Source of the DNA: a virus
IMG/VR virus record: IMGVR_UViG_3300012983_000022
Length of the DNA: 31,024 nt
Direction: 5' to 3' (one strand)
Below the pieces are notes generated by a model that worked only from the letters and a program-made list of their open reading frames with translations, ran no database searches and had not been told where the DNA came from. Position 1 is the stretch's first letter. The number at the start of each line of letters is the position of its first letter. Below are positions 5,926 through 15,535 of the stretch, in pieces. Position numbers and translations under genes: made by a program.

Positions 5926-8900
5926 TTAGTTTATAGTTTTTATTCTTCTTGATACACAACCGTAAGTTCCTCTTACAATTATCTTAGTGTATATGTTTGT
6001 ATCCCAAGAACCGTTTTCAGTTAATGTAAATACTGTCTGTGAAGTTGCAGAATCACTGTCCACCTTATATATGTAAGTTTGACCAGCTCTATTAGAAGAA
6101 TTTGAAGGATATTCAGAACCTTCTGTGAAACACATACCAGTTGAACGCTCTTGTCTAATAAGATAAGGTGTTGCATTTTCTGAAAAATTGCTCCAAGAAC
6201 ATTTTATTGAAGAACCATCAAGTGAAGCATTAAATGTATAATTTACAAATTCAAAGTGACTGAAACCTGAATAAGTATTTTCATTTGAATTATAAAGTCT
6301 TGCTTTATATCGACCAGCTCCTAATACACTTCCATCCATTTTATCAGAATCAGTAAGGTCAAATATAATCCAATCTTCTTTATCATAAGCGTCTTCAGGA
6401 TATAATGTATCTGAAGGGAATGTTTCAACGGCTGAGATACCTATATTTTTTACAGGTGTTGTCATTTCGGTATCATCCTCATAATATATTTGCAAGTAAT
6501 TGTACTTATTAACACCTCTGTGTATGTTAAGATATGCTCTGTAGTCATTCAAACTATCTGAAGAATCCCCTATTTGGAATGTAACATATTCTCCACGGAA
6601 AGTAGTAATATCAGGGTCAATTTGAATATTTGACTTGAATCTCCAATTGTTTATAGTGAAATAATCATTGTCATCATAGTAATCATCTAAGTTAGCATTT
6701 TCCCAATCATTATATCTCAAGATTCCAAATGCTTCATTGTTTTGAATATATCTATTGTATCTTTTTTGAAATTCATCCCTTGTGTAAGCTCTTGAGTTTG
6801 TGAAAGGTCTTGCTTGCTCAGTTATTACTATAAGTTGTGTTACTCCATTATAGTCTTTATAAATATCTGATACGGCTACACAGTGTCCTGGTTGCCATAT
6901 AAAGTCCATAGGTTGTAAAGCATCAATCATTTCATCCCATTGTTCTTGTGTTATAGTATCTGCATAATATTTTTCATAAAGAACTTGAAGATTTGGTATT
7001 CTTGGTCCTGTGTTACTTGCGTTACGCCTCATATAATCTCCTGAAACATAAATATTATCCTGTCCCATAAGATAACCTGTAAGACCTGTGCAAACTGTTC
7101 CATAGAAAGAAGCACAATAGTGTGAATTAAGTCCACGATAAGTATATCCATATTTTGATACTTTTGTTCCTATTGTACTATTATTTACAATTGAAGAATT
7201 TATTCTTTCTGTGTACATAACAGAACGCTTATTCTGAATTGCGGTTACAAGCGTTTTAAGAGATATGTTCTGTCCTACATATTGGTTGTATTCGCAAGTT
7301 TCACTATAAAGAGTTCCTATTTCATACCATCCTTCTCTATATCTTGTATTCCAAAATTGACCTTCACCATCATTTGAAGTCATAGGAATTGATTTTCCTG
7401 TATTGCTCCAATTATTGAACTTATCAATAAATTGGTCATATCTTGCTATTTCAGATATATTTGTAATCTTATAAAGTCTTCTCTTATATGCTTCATAAGG
7501 CTTGTCAGTAGGAATTACTTTAGTTAAGTCAGAATTATCCAAGTATGTAAAGAACTTAATTACGCTATCATACTTTGTTATAGGTTTTGATTCGGCTGAT
7601 TCGTTTGCTACACCTATAGTAAGTCTAAGCATATAGCCTGGATATGGTTGAGCTAATGAATAGAAAGTATAAGTGCTATTATATTTGTCGAAGAAGAATG
7701 GATTTACTACTTTTCCGTTTGTGTTGTAAAGAACACCTTTTATTATTTGGAAATCATCATTGACTTTAATAGTGAATCCTTTTGACAAATCAATGTATGA
7801 AGTTGTCCAATATATTTCGTTAGATGAAAGATTAGTAAGTTCTCCGTTTTCACCAAGTTTTCCAGGTGTTAAACTTATTCCTTGCAAAGGTAGAATAGGA
7901 AGTTGAAGAGGTTTAAGAGAGTTCTTAACTAATTTTATAGTAGGATAGTTAGCATAACCTGTATTTGTACTACGATATGCAACGAAACAAGCGTTTGATG
8001 GAAACTTATAGTTGTTGTAGTAATATGGAGGATTATTTACTTGGTCAATGCAGTTTCCGTCTCTGTCAAAAACAAAGTAAAATCCTGGATAAGCTGTCGT
8101 ACTGAATCCATAGAACTCCATAGAATCATATCCTTCAACATAGAAAAGTTTATAGAAGTGGCCTGAACCTGTTCCAAAATATGAAGTCAACAAGTCATCT
8201 ACTGTGTACTTACCTAAGTTGCCATATCTTCCGTTTACAGCAGGTGAATCATTAATTTTTACACCTCCAAAAACAGGAGCATCTTTACTGAACATATTAG
8301 AAGCAATATTTGAAGCTGAAGGTATGGAAGAATAAAAAGTTTCTTCATTCTGAGAAACAAAATTGCTCTTTGGAATGAATGCTACATTTACCAAATAACT
8401 GCTATCCGCCCAATAAGGCATTATCAAATACTTAGCTGTCTTAGGAATTATGTTTCCAGTCCAGTAACCTCCGTTATTCAAGTTATTGGTTATGCAAGCA
8501 ACAACTATGTCATTCTCATCGACTAAGCAAGCAAGTGGTGCCGAAGAAGCAGAAGTGCTTGAGCCATAAATCTGTACCGAGCACATAACATATTTTTCAG
8601 AATCCACAGGTATTCTGTAAGTACGGTGACTGTTGTTGGTTCCACTTTCTAGCAATGTATTCCAGTTCTTTCCTATTGCGTATCTCTTGAAAAGACCTAT
8701 ATAAGCATCACTTGTGTGGTCGCTCCCTTGAGTTGAACTATATTTACAAACAGGGAACTTGTTAGAAACTTCTTCAGTCATTCTAACAATATCCTTTTTA
8801 TAATATATTAATATCTGAGGATTGATTTTATCCTCAAGAATCTTTGATTCTGTTATGTCATCCAAGAAATACACCAAAGTCTGTCCTGCGTCAAAACGAG

Positions 8901-9453
8901 ACTGAATTTCCATCCATCTATATTCAGGTTCGCCTTCTATTACATTTGGAACTACTAATTCATATTCATAACTTAATGTACCACTTATAGGTATATTCAC
9001 TAAAACTTGTGATACTGTTCCTTCTGAAAGAGTTCTACCATCAGAAATAAAAACATAAAGTCTGCTATAAGTATCACCTAAACTTATGTTGTTCATTGTA
9101 AGTTCAGTATTGCTCAAAGTAAGTCTGTATGTATGTCCAGGAATTACAGGAATCCTTGCTTGTCTTATCAAAGTTCCATCATTACCTTCGACTATCAACT
9201 TATTTCTTGTTCCTGCTAAATTATATCCTTGATTAGCAGAAAGGGCTTTATCTGTATCAGTAGAATATAAAGTATCTTCAACAAAAGTACTAAGAGTTTC
9301 GTTTATATCACCTTCAAATTCTTCCTGAACATCATCAATAGCACCAAGCATATCAGTAAGTGTAGTTCTTAACTTTTCGGCTGTAATTGATTGAGTATTA
9401 TTATCAGGCAAATTGGTATTAATTTCCTGAATTATTTCTGTATAATCTGCCAT
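5926..9453 (-). CDS. Large tail fiber / receptor-binding protein (1175 aa).
   Basis: Size, position just before the lysis genes, and a fiber-like N-terminus (MADYTEIIQEINTNLPDNNTQSITAEKLRTTLTDML). Confidence 0.6.
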   Translation of the reverse strand: MADYTEIIQEINTNLPDNNTQSITAEKLRTTLTDMLGAIDDVQEEFEGDINETLSTFVEDTLYSTDTDKALSANQGYNLAGTRNKLIVEGNDGTLIRQARIPVIPGHTYRLTLSNTELTMNNISLGDTYSRLYVFISDGRTLSEGTVSQVLVNIPISGTLSYEYELVVPNVIEGEPEYRWMEIQSRFDAGQTLVYFLDDITESKILEDKINPQILIYYKKDIVRMTEEVSNKFPVCKYSSTQGSDHTSDAYIGLFKRYAIGKNWNTLLESGTNNSHRTYRIPVDSEKYVMCSVQIYGSSTSASSAPLACLVDENDIVVACITNNLNNGGYWTGNIIPKTAKYLIMPYWADSSYLVNVAFIPKSNFVSQNEETFYSSIPSASNIASNMFSKDAPVFGGVKINDSPAVNGRYGNLGKYTVDDLLTSYFGTGSGHFYKLFYVEGYDSMEFYGFSTTAYPGFYFVFDRDGNCIDQVNNPPYYYNNYKFPSNACFVAYRSTNTGYANYPTIKLVKNSLKPLQLPILPLQGISLTPGKLGENGELTNLSSNEIYWTTSYIDLSKGFTIKVNDDFQIIKGVLYNTNGKVVNPFFFDKYNSTYTFYSLAQPYPGYMLRLTIGVANESAESKPITKYDSVIKFFTYLDNSDLTKVIPTDKPYEAYKRRLYKITNISEIARYDQFIDKFNNWSNTGKSIPMTSNDGEGQFWNTRYREGWYEIGTLYSETCEYNQYVGQNISLKTLVTAIQNKRSVMYTERINSSIVNNSTIGTKVSKYGYTYRGLNSHYCASFYGTVCTGLTGYLMGQDNIYVSGDYMRRNASNTGPRIPNLQVLYEKYYADTITQEQWDEMIDALQPMDFIWQPGHCVAVSDIYKDYNGVTQLIVITEQARPFTNSRAYTRDEFQKRYNRYIQNNEAFGILRYNDWENANLDDYYDDNDYFTINNWRFKSNIQIDPDITTFRGEYVTFQIGDSSDSLNDYRAYLNIHRGVNKYNYLQIYYEDDTEMTTPVKNIGISAVETFPSDTLYPEDAYDKEDWIIFDLTDSDKMDGSVLGAGRYKARLYNSNENTYSGFSHFEFVNYTFNASLDGSSIKCSWSNFSENATPYLIRQERSTGMCFTEGSEYPSNSSNRAGQTYIYKVDSDSATSQTVFTLTENGSWDTNIYTKIIVRGTYGCVSRRIKTIN

Positions 9454-9513
9454 TTAATTGTGATTTATATTTTTATTTATTTTTATATATAAAAAATTAA
9501 AATTAGGTTTTTC

Positions 9514-10008
9514 TTAAATATATCTTTCAACCCATTTAAACCAATCGTCAGAATAAGGCTGTGGAGCAAATTCTCCAAGTTCCAATTTAATCATAGAACA
9601 TAATGATTTATTTGGAGTTGTAATATTGCAAGTCATAAAAGCACCAGCACATTCTGCACTGAATTTTTCGGTAAAAGTTGTAACATCACCATTGGTCCAA
9701 TTTAAATTATCGAATTTTTGCATTACTGTTTTAATAAAGTTACCAAAAAATTCGACAGCAGTTGATTGTATTTCAAGTTTATTGGATTTATCTAATGTTA
9801 GCCTATCAACATAAAATAATGTAAAAGAATAAGTTGTAAATTCTTCTCCAACATTATGTGTACCTTGAGTTGCACAGAAAGCGGCATATTTTTGATTATA
9901 TTCATCTTTATTCAAATCAAATATATCGCCAGTTTCAACTATTCCATTAACATTTGGCTGATTTTTGGCAATCCAATTTAGTAAATTTATAGTTTCTAAA
10001 AGAGTCAT
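9514..10008 (-). CDS. Hypothetical structural protein (164 aa).
   Basis: ORF within the structural block. No motif recognised. Confidence 0.5.
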   Translation of the reverse strand: MTLLETINLLNWIAKNQPNVNGIVETGDIFDLNKDEYNQKYAAFCATQGTHNVGEEFTTYSFTLFYVDRLTLDKSNKLEIQSTAVEFFGNFIKTVMQKFDNLNWTNGDVTTFTEKFSAECAGAFMTCNITTPNKSLCSMIKLELGEFAPQPYSDDWFKWVERYI

Positions 10009-10021
10009 AGTTATTTAAATT

Positions 10022-10534
10022 TTAATTATTTTTATTCATTTTTATTCCTCTATTCCAAGGAGTTTTTCCTTTTTTAGCAATAGAACATTTATTTTTTGTT
10101 TCTTCTGAAAGTTTTTTTCCTAAATTGGCATTTCTTATTTTTTCTTTAGTTTCATCTGAAAGATGACATCCTTTTCTATTTGATATTTTGCCTTTTTTTG
10201 CATCACTCATTTTTTTTCTTGTTTCTTCAGACATTATAACGCCTTTACTTCCATCGCCTCCGTTTGAAATATTATAAGATAAATTAAAATTTTTATAATA
10301 ATAAATTAAATCTTCTTCTATCAATTTGGCTGTAATTTCATTTAAATCATAAAATAATATTTCGTGATTAAAATTATCCCATCCATATTTTTTAATTGCA
10401 TTATAAAATTTTGGGCTATCTTTATATCCATTTCCATTTGACCATCTTAGTTCGGGTTTTCTGCAAGTAATACCAATATATACTTTACCACTTGGTGAAG
10501 TGTGCCTATACACTATATAATTATTTCCAATCAT
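10022..10534 (-). CDS. GIY-YIG homing endonuclease with NUMOD3-like repeats (free-standing HEG).
   Basis: YIVYRHTSPSGKVYIGIT...YNAIKKYGWDNFNHEIL, plus three S(E/D)ETxxKxxxAxxGK repeats. I place the start at the internal Met (10534), which removes the 77-nt overlap of track ORF 10022-10624. Confidence 0.85.
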   Translation of the reverse strand: MIGNNYIVYRHTSPSGKVYIGITCRKPELRWSNGNGYKDSPKFYNAIKKYGWDNFNHEILFYDLNEITAKLIEEDLIYYYKNFNLSYNISNGGDGSKGVIMSEETRKKMSDAKKGKISNRKGCHLSDETKEKIRNANLGKKLSEETKNKCSIAKKGKTPWNRGIKMNKNN

Positions 10535-10547
10535 AATTAGTATTGTA

Positions 10548-11135
10548 TTATTTAGAAGGCCAATTATTTCCACGCTGATACCTATATGGGAAAAATCTAA
10601 ACCAACCTCTACCTCTTTCTCCACCTAAAAATACGCTTGGTGATGCTGCTGAATATAATGTGCTTCTTATTTTCCACGCTTGACATTCTGTAAGTTCTGG
10701 AATTTCATTCAAATGTTCCATTAAATAATTTTGAAGCAAATAAGCATAATGTGATGCTTTTGTATCATAATAATTTTTCATTGTCATTGTGTCATCAAGG
10801 CCCATATAATCCATATTTTCATCCCTTGTCTGAATAAGGCCAGCGTTATCAATTTTCATATTAAGCATTACAATTATTTCAGCAATAACTCTATATGTTA
10901 TAAACATTTGTGCTTTATCCAATAAATTTTTATATGCAGCATTTTCTTGATTATCAATTGTATTGTTTTCAACCAAGTCTTGAAGTTTTTCAAATAAGAG
11001 TTGCCCAAGAATTTCTTGTAATTCATCTTCTTGTACCTCTCTTATTGCAGTTACAAGTACTTTAGAATTAACATTATCAGATATATTAGAATTTAATCTA
11101 ACAAAATCAGGGCTTGTAAGTAAAACATTTTTCAT
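10548..11135 (-). CDS. Hypothetical head-tail joining / structural protein (195 aa).
   Basis: Position directly after the portal candidate. No motif recognised. Confidence 0.45.
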   Translation of the reverse strand: MKNVLLTSPDFVRLNSNISDNVNSKVLVTAIREVQEDELQEILGQLLFEKLQDLVENNTIDNQENAAYKNLLDKAQMFITYRVIAEIIVMLNMKIDNAGLIQTRDENMDYMGLDDTMTMKNYYDTKASHYAYLLQNYLMEHLNEIPELTECQAWKIRSTLYSAASPSVFLGGERGRGWFRFFPYRYQRGNNWPSK

Positions 11136-11137
11136 AA

Positions 11138-12259
11138 TTATTCTTCAGTTTTTTCTTCAAGTGCATCATTTTCAAATGGCACAATTGTTATTGAATCTTT
11201 CATATTGAAAATTTTATCAAATGCCTTGATAATTTTCTTTTGTAATGGCTTTATAACTGTCTTATTATAAAGTTTATAAGCCTCATTGTATTCTTGTTCA
11301 GAAAATCCTGTGGTCTTTGTTGGAATACCAAATAAATTAGGAGTGGCCCTAAATGCTGTAAATATTTCCTGTTGTGACCTTTCAGCCAATGTATTATATT
11401 TGTCTATAAATGAATCAGCATCAATCTTTGTAACAGTTGTTTCACTTTCTTTATTATTATTAAATGAAAGCATTGGTCTACCACTATTTTCAACTCCACA
11501 GAATTTATCGTAGACTTCCATTTCGATTTCCTCTTGAATTTCATCACTTGGTCTACCTGAATTAAAATTAATGATATAATTTGAACTAAATGAATTTGAA
11601 ATGTTATTCAAGTGGTATTCATTCATTTTCTTTTCAATTTCACAGGCAGTAACAGCGGCTGCATACATAGGAGTAGGATAAACCCTATTTTTATTGTTTT
11701 TCAAATAAAATATTGTGTTGGCTCCAGCATCTTTATTGAAAAAAGAATCATATGCCGTATATTTTACCCTTCCATAAGATTTACCCCAATCGGTTGAATA
11801 ATAAAATTTTGTACCTTCCTTGTTTGAACGAACACGCTTAAAATCAAGATAATAAATTTCGGCAGGAAATCCTAATTTGTTTTTGACAATATTAAGGGCA
11901 AATCCGTTGAATTTAACAAGGTCAATAGCAATCCATTCAAGCAAATCTTCAATTGTATCTCCATCCCTATTTATTTGGTTTTGAAAATTAATAACTTCAC
12001 ATTTTACTCCGTTACCGCATACATAATCCTTTGTTCCATTTATAATTGATTGTAAAGTTGAAACATTCTGGTAAAGGTCCTCAATATAATCAGGATAGTT
12101 ATTAACTTCTCCCCAACCTACAAAATCCCTATCTTTCATAAATATTTCAGTAGGTAGAACAATATTGCTTGTTACAAATTGGTCAATTGCCAATAGTTTT
12201 ACATTTGTCTGTTTCTTGTCTTTTTCTATGACAAGATTATTTTTTTTACTGTTTGTCAT
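11138..12259 (-). CDS. Portal protein candidate (373 aa).
   Basis: General resemblance to Phage_portal-type proteins and location in the head module. By eye only, and short for a portal. Confidence 0.45.
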   Translation of the reverse strand: MTNSKKNNLVIEKDKKQTNVKLLAIDQFVTSNIVLPTEIFMKDRDFVGWGEVNNYPDYIEDLYQNVSTLQSIINGTKDYVCGNGVKCEVINFQNQINRDGDTIEDLLEWIAIDLVKFNGFALNIVKNKLGFPAEIYYLDFKRVRSNKEGTKFYYSTDWGKSYGRVKYTAYDSFFNKDAGANTIFYLKNNKNRVYPTPMYAAAVTACEIEKKMNEYHLNNISNSFSSNYIINFNSGRPSDEIQEEIEMEVYDKFCGVENSGRPMLSFNNNKESETTVTKIDADSFIDKYNTLAERSQQEIFTAFRATPNLFGIPTKTTGFSEQEYNEAYKLYNKTVIKPLQKKIIKAFDKIFNMKDSITIVPFENDALEEKTEE

Positions 12260-12581
12260 ATGCTATATAAGTTCTATTGTCATTATAAATTATATTTTCG
12301 TTTTCCAATTCGTTTAATCTTATTATTCCTGTTGCTACTATATCGTTATTGGAATCAATTATTGAGTATTCATATTCGCCTTCAGGAACATTGGAAAAAT
12401 TAATGAAAAAAGTATAAAAACTGAATTGTACTAAATGTTTATCATCAAGCCCACTAAAAGTGTATTTATTGTTTGTACCTCTATTGTTCAATTCAACAGT
12501 ATAAATATCATTGTTGTTTGTATAGATATTTTGTGGAAAATACACTGAATTTTCAATATTTTTGTCTGAAATTATAATCAT
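12246..12581 (-). CDS. Hypothetical protein (111 aa).
   Basis: ORF overlapping the portal candidate start by 14 nt. Confidence 0.5.
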   Translation of the reverse strand: MIIISDKNIENSVYFPQNIYTNNNDIYTVELNNRGTNNKYTFSGLDDKHLVQFSFYTFFINFSNVPEGEYEYSIIDSNNDIVATGIIRLNELENENIIYNDNRTYIAYDKQ

Positions 12582-12642
12582 AATTAGTATAATTTATTGT
12601 AATTTTAATTAAAAATATAAAAAAACGGTTTCTTGTTTAAAC

Positions 12643-12678
12643 AAAAAAAAAATGCCTCAACCCATTCGGGTCAAGGCA
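12643..12678 (-). terminator. Rho-independent terminator after the 182-aa structural gene.
   Basis: On the minus strand: tgcct-tg-accc gaat gggt-tg-aggca, followed by a run of 9 U. Confidence 0.7.
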
Positions 12679-12727
12679 AAACTCATATGTGGAATGTATT
12701 TTACTGTTTTATCTCAAACATCAAATT

Positions 12728-13276
12728 TTAATTAGGCGTGACAATAGAATTTATATTGACAAAATCAGTATCACCTTCTGTAGCAGGAGTTGTTTTGATT
12801 TCGTAAGGATAATCCTTTGAATTGTCTTGAAGAGTTATAGTATAACGATTTCCGTCAGTATAAGCAGTTCCTGATTCAGCACCGCCAGCACTTGCCATAA
12901 CAGGCATATCTTTTCCAAGGAACCAATATCTGCCATTAGCATCTTGAACCATCATAACCAATTCTCCAATTGACAAAGCAGAAATTTCAAGTCTCTTTTG
13001 AGTGTCTTGTTTCAAGAATGAAAGTGCCACATCTGTTGCTACTGAAGTACCATTTGCAGGGTCAACAGAAAGTGTAGATGTCATACTTGCTGTATTTCTA
13101 CGGAAAGAATAAGTTTTGAAAGTTTTACCTGAAGCCATTGTTATTGATGTAATTTGACCTTCAGTAACTTCAAAATCAACAACATCACTACTATTGGCAA
13201 TATAAACAACTTTCAAGCCCCCCATTGAAGGTTCACAATCTACTTGTATTCCACTTAATATTTGTGTGCAACTCAT
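12728..13276 (-). CDS. Abundant structural protein, possibly the major tail/tube protein (182 aa).
   Basis: Lies immediately after the capsid gene and is bracketed by hairpins, which suggests high expression. The function is a guess. Confidence 0.4.
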   Translation of the reverse strand: MSCTQILSGIQVDCEPSMGGLKVVYIANSSDVVDFEVTEGQITSITMASGKTFKTYSFRRNTASMTSTLSVDPANGTSVATDVALSFLKQDTQKRLEISALSIGELVMMVQDANGRYWFLGKDMPVMASAGGAESGTAYTDGNRYTITLQDNSKDYPYEIKTTPATEGDTDFVNINSIVTPN

Positions 13277-13316
13277 AATTTTAATTTATTTTTAATTTTA
13301 TTATTAGGGAGGTTAA

Positions 13317-13342
13317 GAGAGAGGATTTTTAGGTCCTCTCTC
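13317..13342 (-). other. 9-bp stem-loop downstream of the capsid gene.
   Basis: gagagagga (13317-13325) pairs with tcctctctc (13334-13342). No U-run follows on the minus strand. Confidence 0.5.
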
Positions 13343-13351
13343 AGTATTTAT

Positions 13352-14278
13352 TTATTTTGCTCTCTTTCCAAGAACAATTTCGTTTTGGTAAGCAACTTGT
13401 ACACCAGCAACAAATTCAATAGCAAGTCTGAACTCTCTATTATCCTTTGAATACCATAAGTCAAAGATTTCTTCACCATCTTCAAGGTTAGTTCCGTAGA
13501 ACATATTGCTCAAAGAACCACCAATTGCATAGTCAAATGAAGCAGTGTTGTTCAAACCATTAACACCGATAACCCTGATGTTAGTTCCTGGGAGTTTGTA
13601 TTCATTTTCACCGTTTTCAGGATTGTAGTGGTACAAATTAGCAGAAACCAAATCTTGGATATATGACATATACATTGGCATAGAAACCAAAATTACAAGG
13701 TCTTCTTTGTCAAGGATTGAAGCAGGCATTTGTGAAGCAACTTGCTTAATGAAATTATAAGAAGTTACGCTTGAAGCACCTGTAGTAACAATTGTAGTAT
13801 TACCACTTGCTTGTAAAGTCTTCAAAAGACCATCAAATTCAACAGCGTTAGCATTTGAACTATCACCTTGATAAATCATTGTTTCGATACCAGCTTTAAC
13901 ATTCTTGATAACATCGTCAATGAAATATTCCTCAAATGGAAGGTCACTGTCAAGTTTATTTGCTTGAACTTTAACCAAATAGTTAGCCCATTTGCTTAAC
14001 AAGGTCTTGTCACAAATTGACATATTAATTTTAAGAGCTCTTGGAGTAAGAACTGCTTGAGACAATGATGTTGCACCGCTTTCAGTCCAACCGCAAGCAG
14101 AACCGTCACCAAAAACAACATTACTTGAAATAAGGTTTAAAGCAGTAGGGCCTTTAATGCCTGTTTGAAGATTAAACAAACCAGCTGATTTAGCACCAAT
14201 AACTGACTTAGCAATTAATTCAGGACGCATTTGGTCTACATAATTAGGTAATGCGCTTACATTATATGAATTAGCCAT
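13352..14278 (-). CDS. Major capsid protein (HK97-fold type, 308 aa).
   Basis: Follows the protease/scaffold gene. Size and sequence style (MANSYNVSALPNYVDQMRPELIAKSV...LPFEEYFIDDVIKNVKAGIETMIYQGD) are typical of MCPs. Confidence 0.65.
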   Translation of the reverse strand: MANSYNVSALPNYVDQMRPELIAKSVIGAKSAGLFNLQTGIKGPTALNLISSNVVFGDGSACGWTESGATSLSQAVLTPRALKINMSICDKTLLSKWANYLVKVQANKLDSDLPFEEYFIDDVIKNVKAGIETMIYQGDSSNANAVEFDGLLKTLQASGNTTIVTTGASSVTSYNFIKQVASQMPASILDKEDLVILVSMPMYMSYIQDLVSANLYHYNPENGENEYKLPGTNIRVIGVNGLNNTASFDYAIGGSLSNMFYGTNLEDGEEIFDLWYSKDNREFRLAIEFVAGVQVAYQNEIVLGKRAK

Positions 14279-14352
14279 TTTAATTTTAATTTATTTTGAA
14301 TTTATTATTATCTTTTAAGTTGAAATATAAAAACTTATAATTTTGTTTAATT

Positions 14353-15474
14353 TTAATTAAATCTTTTAGCCCTTGAGCCAAATACTGGAATACCATTTTC
14401 CACCTTTGAGCCAACAACTTTGTTAAATTCCTCAACTATTGGTTCGGCAGCAGGTTTTTCAAGAATAGCATTGAGAGTATCTTTAAGTGATTCAACGATG
14501 CCTTTAAGTTCATCGTGTTCTTTTCTTAAATCATCAATGTCTCTTTTAAGTTCATCATATTTGTCATCTTTAGGTTCGTCTTCAACAACTTCCTCAACAG
14601 GGTCTTCAACAATTATTTCTTCTTCCATACATTGTTTCTTTTCCATATCAAGTTCGCCTTCTTGTTCTCCGTCTTTTTCACGGATTTCTGAAACTAAACC
14701 TTCTTTGACAACAATTACAGTTCCGTCTTCAAGTGTATATTCTCCATCTTCAACCTTAACTGCTTCCTCATTTTCAGTATTGTAGAAAAGTTCATCACCA
14801 ATTTGTAAATCGGCTTCACCTACCCAATAAAGAGTGCCTTTGTCGGTTTCAACAGAACCACACTTTACAAATGATTTTAAAAATCTATTAAATAATCTTG
14901 TCATAGTATTTAAAAATGAATTATAATTATTATTTTGTTTTCTTAATTCTACCTTATCAATATCAAAAATTCCTTCCAATGAAAATCCTCTGAATGTACC
15001 ATTTTTAATTTCATTCCAGATTAAATCATTATTTATCTTGTATGTTGCAAATAACGACCCGTTTTCAATATCATCAAAATTTGAAGGATTAATTCCTTTT
15101 TCGGTGTCTTTAATAAAAAGTTCAACCAAATTAACACCTTCTACATCAGTGCCATCCATATGCATTATATTGATATTATTGAAAGTACCATCTGACATCA
15201 TTTTTTCAGCCATAATTTTAATTGTTTCAGGAGAATACTTTATATAATATTCACCAAATTCTTCATCATAGCGATAAATATTAAAATTGGCCCTCATAAT
15301 AACGCCAGTGACCATTCTTTGCTCTTCATTTTCAATATTGAATTTCATAACCTTATCTTGCTTGTTGAAATAAACAAAGTCCGATTCAACAGCAGGCATA
15401 TCAACTAATGATATTTTATAAATACCACAGTCATAATTGTCTATATATGCTTCAAAAACAGGTATGCTATTCAT
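14353..15474 (-). CDS. XkdF-like prohead protease fused to an acidic coiled-coil scaffold region.
   Basis: The N-terminal half resembles the Peptidase_S78_2/XkdF pattern (MVTGVIMRANFNIYRYDEEFGEYYIKYSPETIKIMAEKMM...INIMHMDG). The C-terminal half is an E/D/K-rich coil. Confidence 0.55.
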   Translation of the reverse strand: MNSIPVFEAYIDNYDCGIYKISLVDMPAVESDFVYFNKQDKVMKFNIENEEQRMVTGVIMRANFNIYRYDEEFGEYYIKYSPETIKIMAEKMMSDGTFNNINIMHMDGTDVEGVNLVELFIKDTEKGINPSNFDDIENGSLFATYKINNDLIWNEIKNGTFRGFSLEGIFDIDKVELRKQNNNYNSFLNTMTRLFNRFLKSFVKCGSVETDKGTLYWVGEADLQIGDELFYNTENEEAVKVEDGEYTLEDGTVIVVKEGLVSEIREKDGEQEGELDMEKKQCMEEEIIVEDPVEEVVEDEPKDDKYDELKRDIDDLRKEHDELKGIVESLKDTLNAILEKPAAEPIVEEFNKVVGSKVENGIPVFGSRAKRFN

Positions 15475-15535
15475 AATTTTAAATTTAATTTAGATTTTAA
15501 TTATTAATATAAAAACAATCAAAATTGTTTAATTT

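Noticed and set aside
10535-10624. The N-terminal extension of track ORF 10022-10624
   Set aside because: It overlaps the preceding structural gene by 77 nt and precedes the GIY-YIG core. Starting at the internal Met (10534) removes the overlap.
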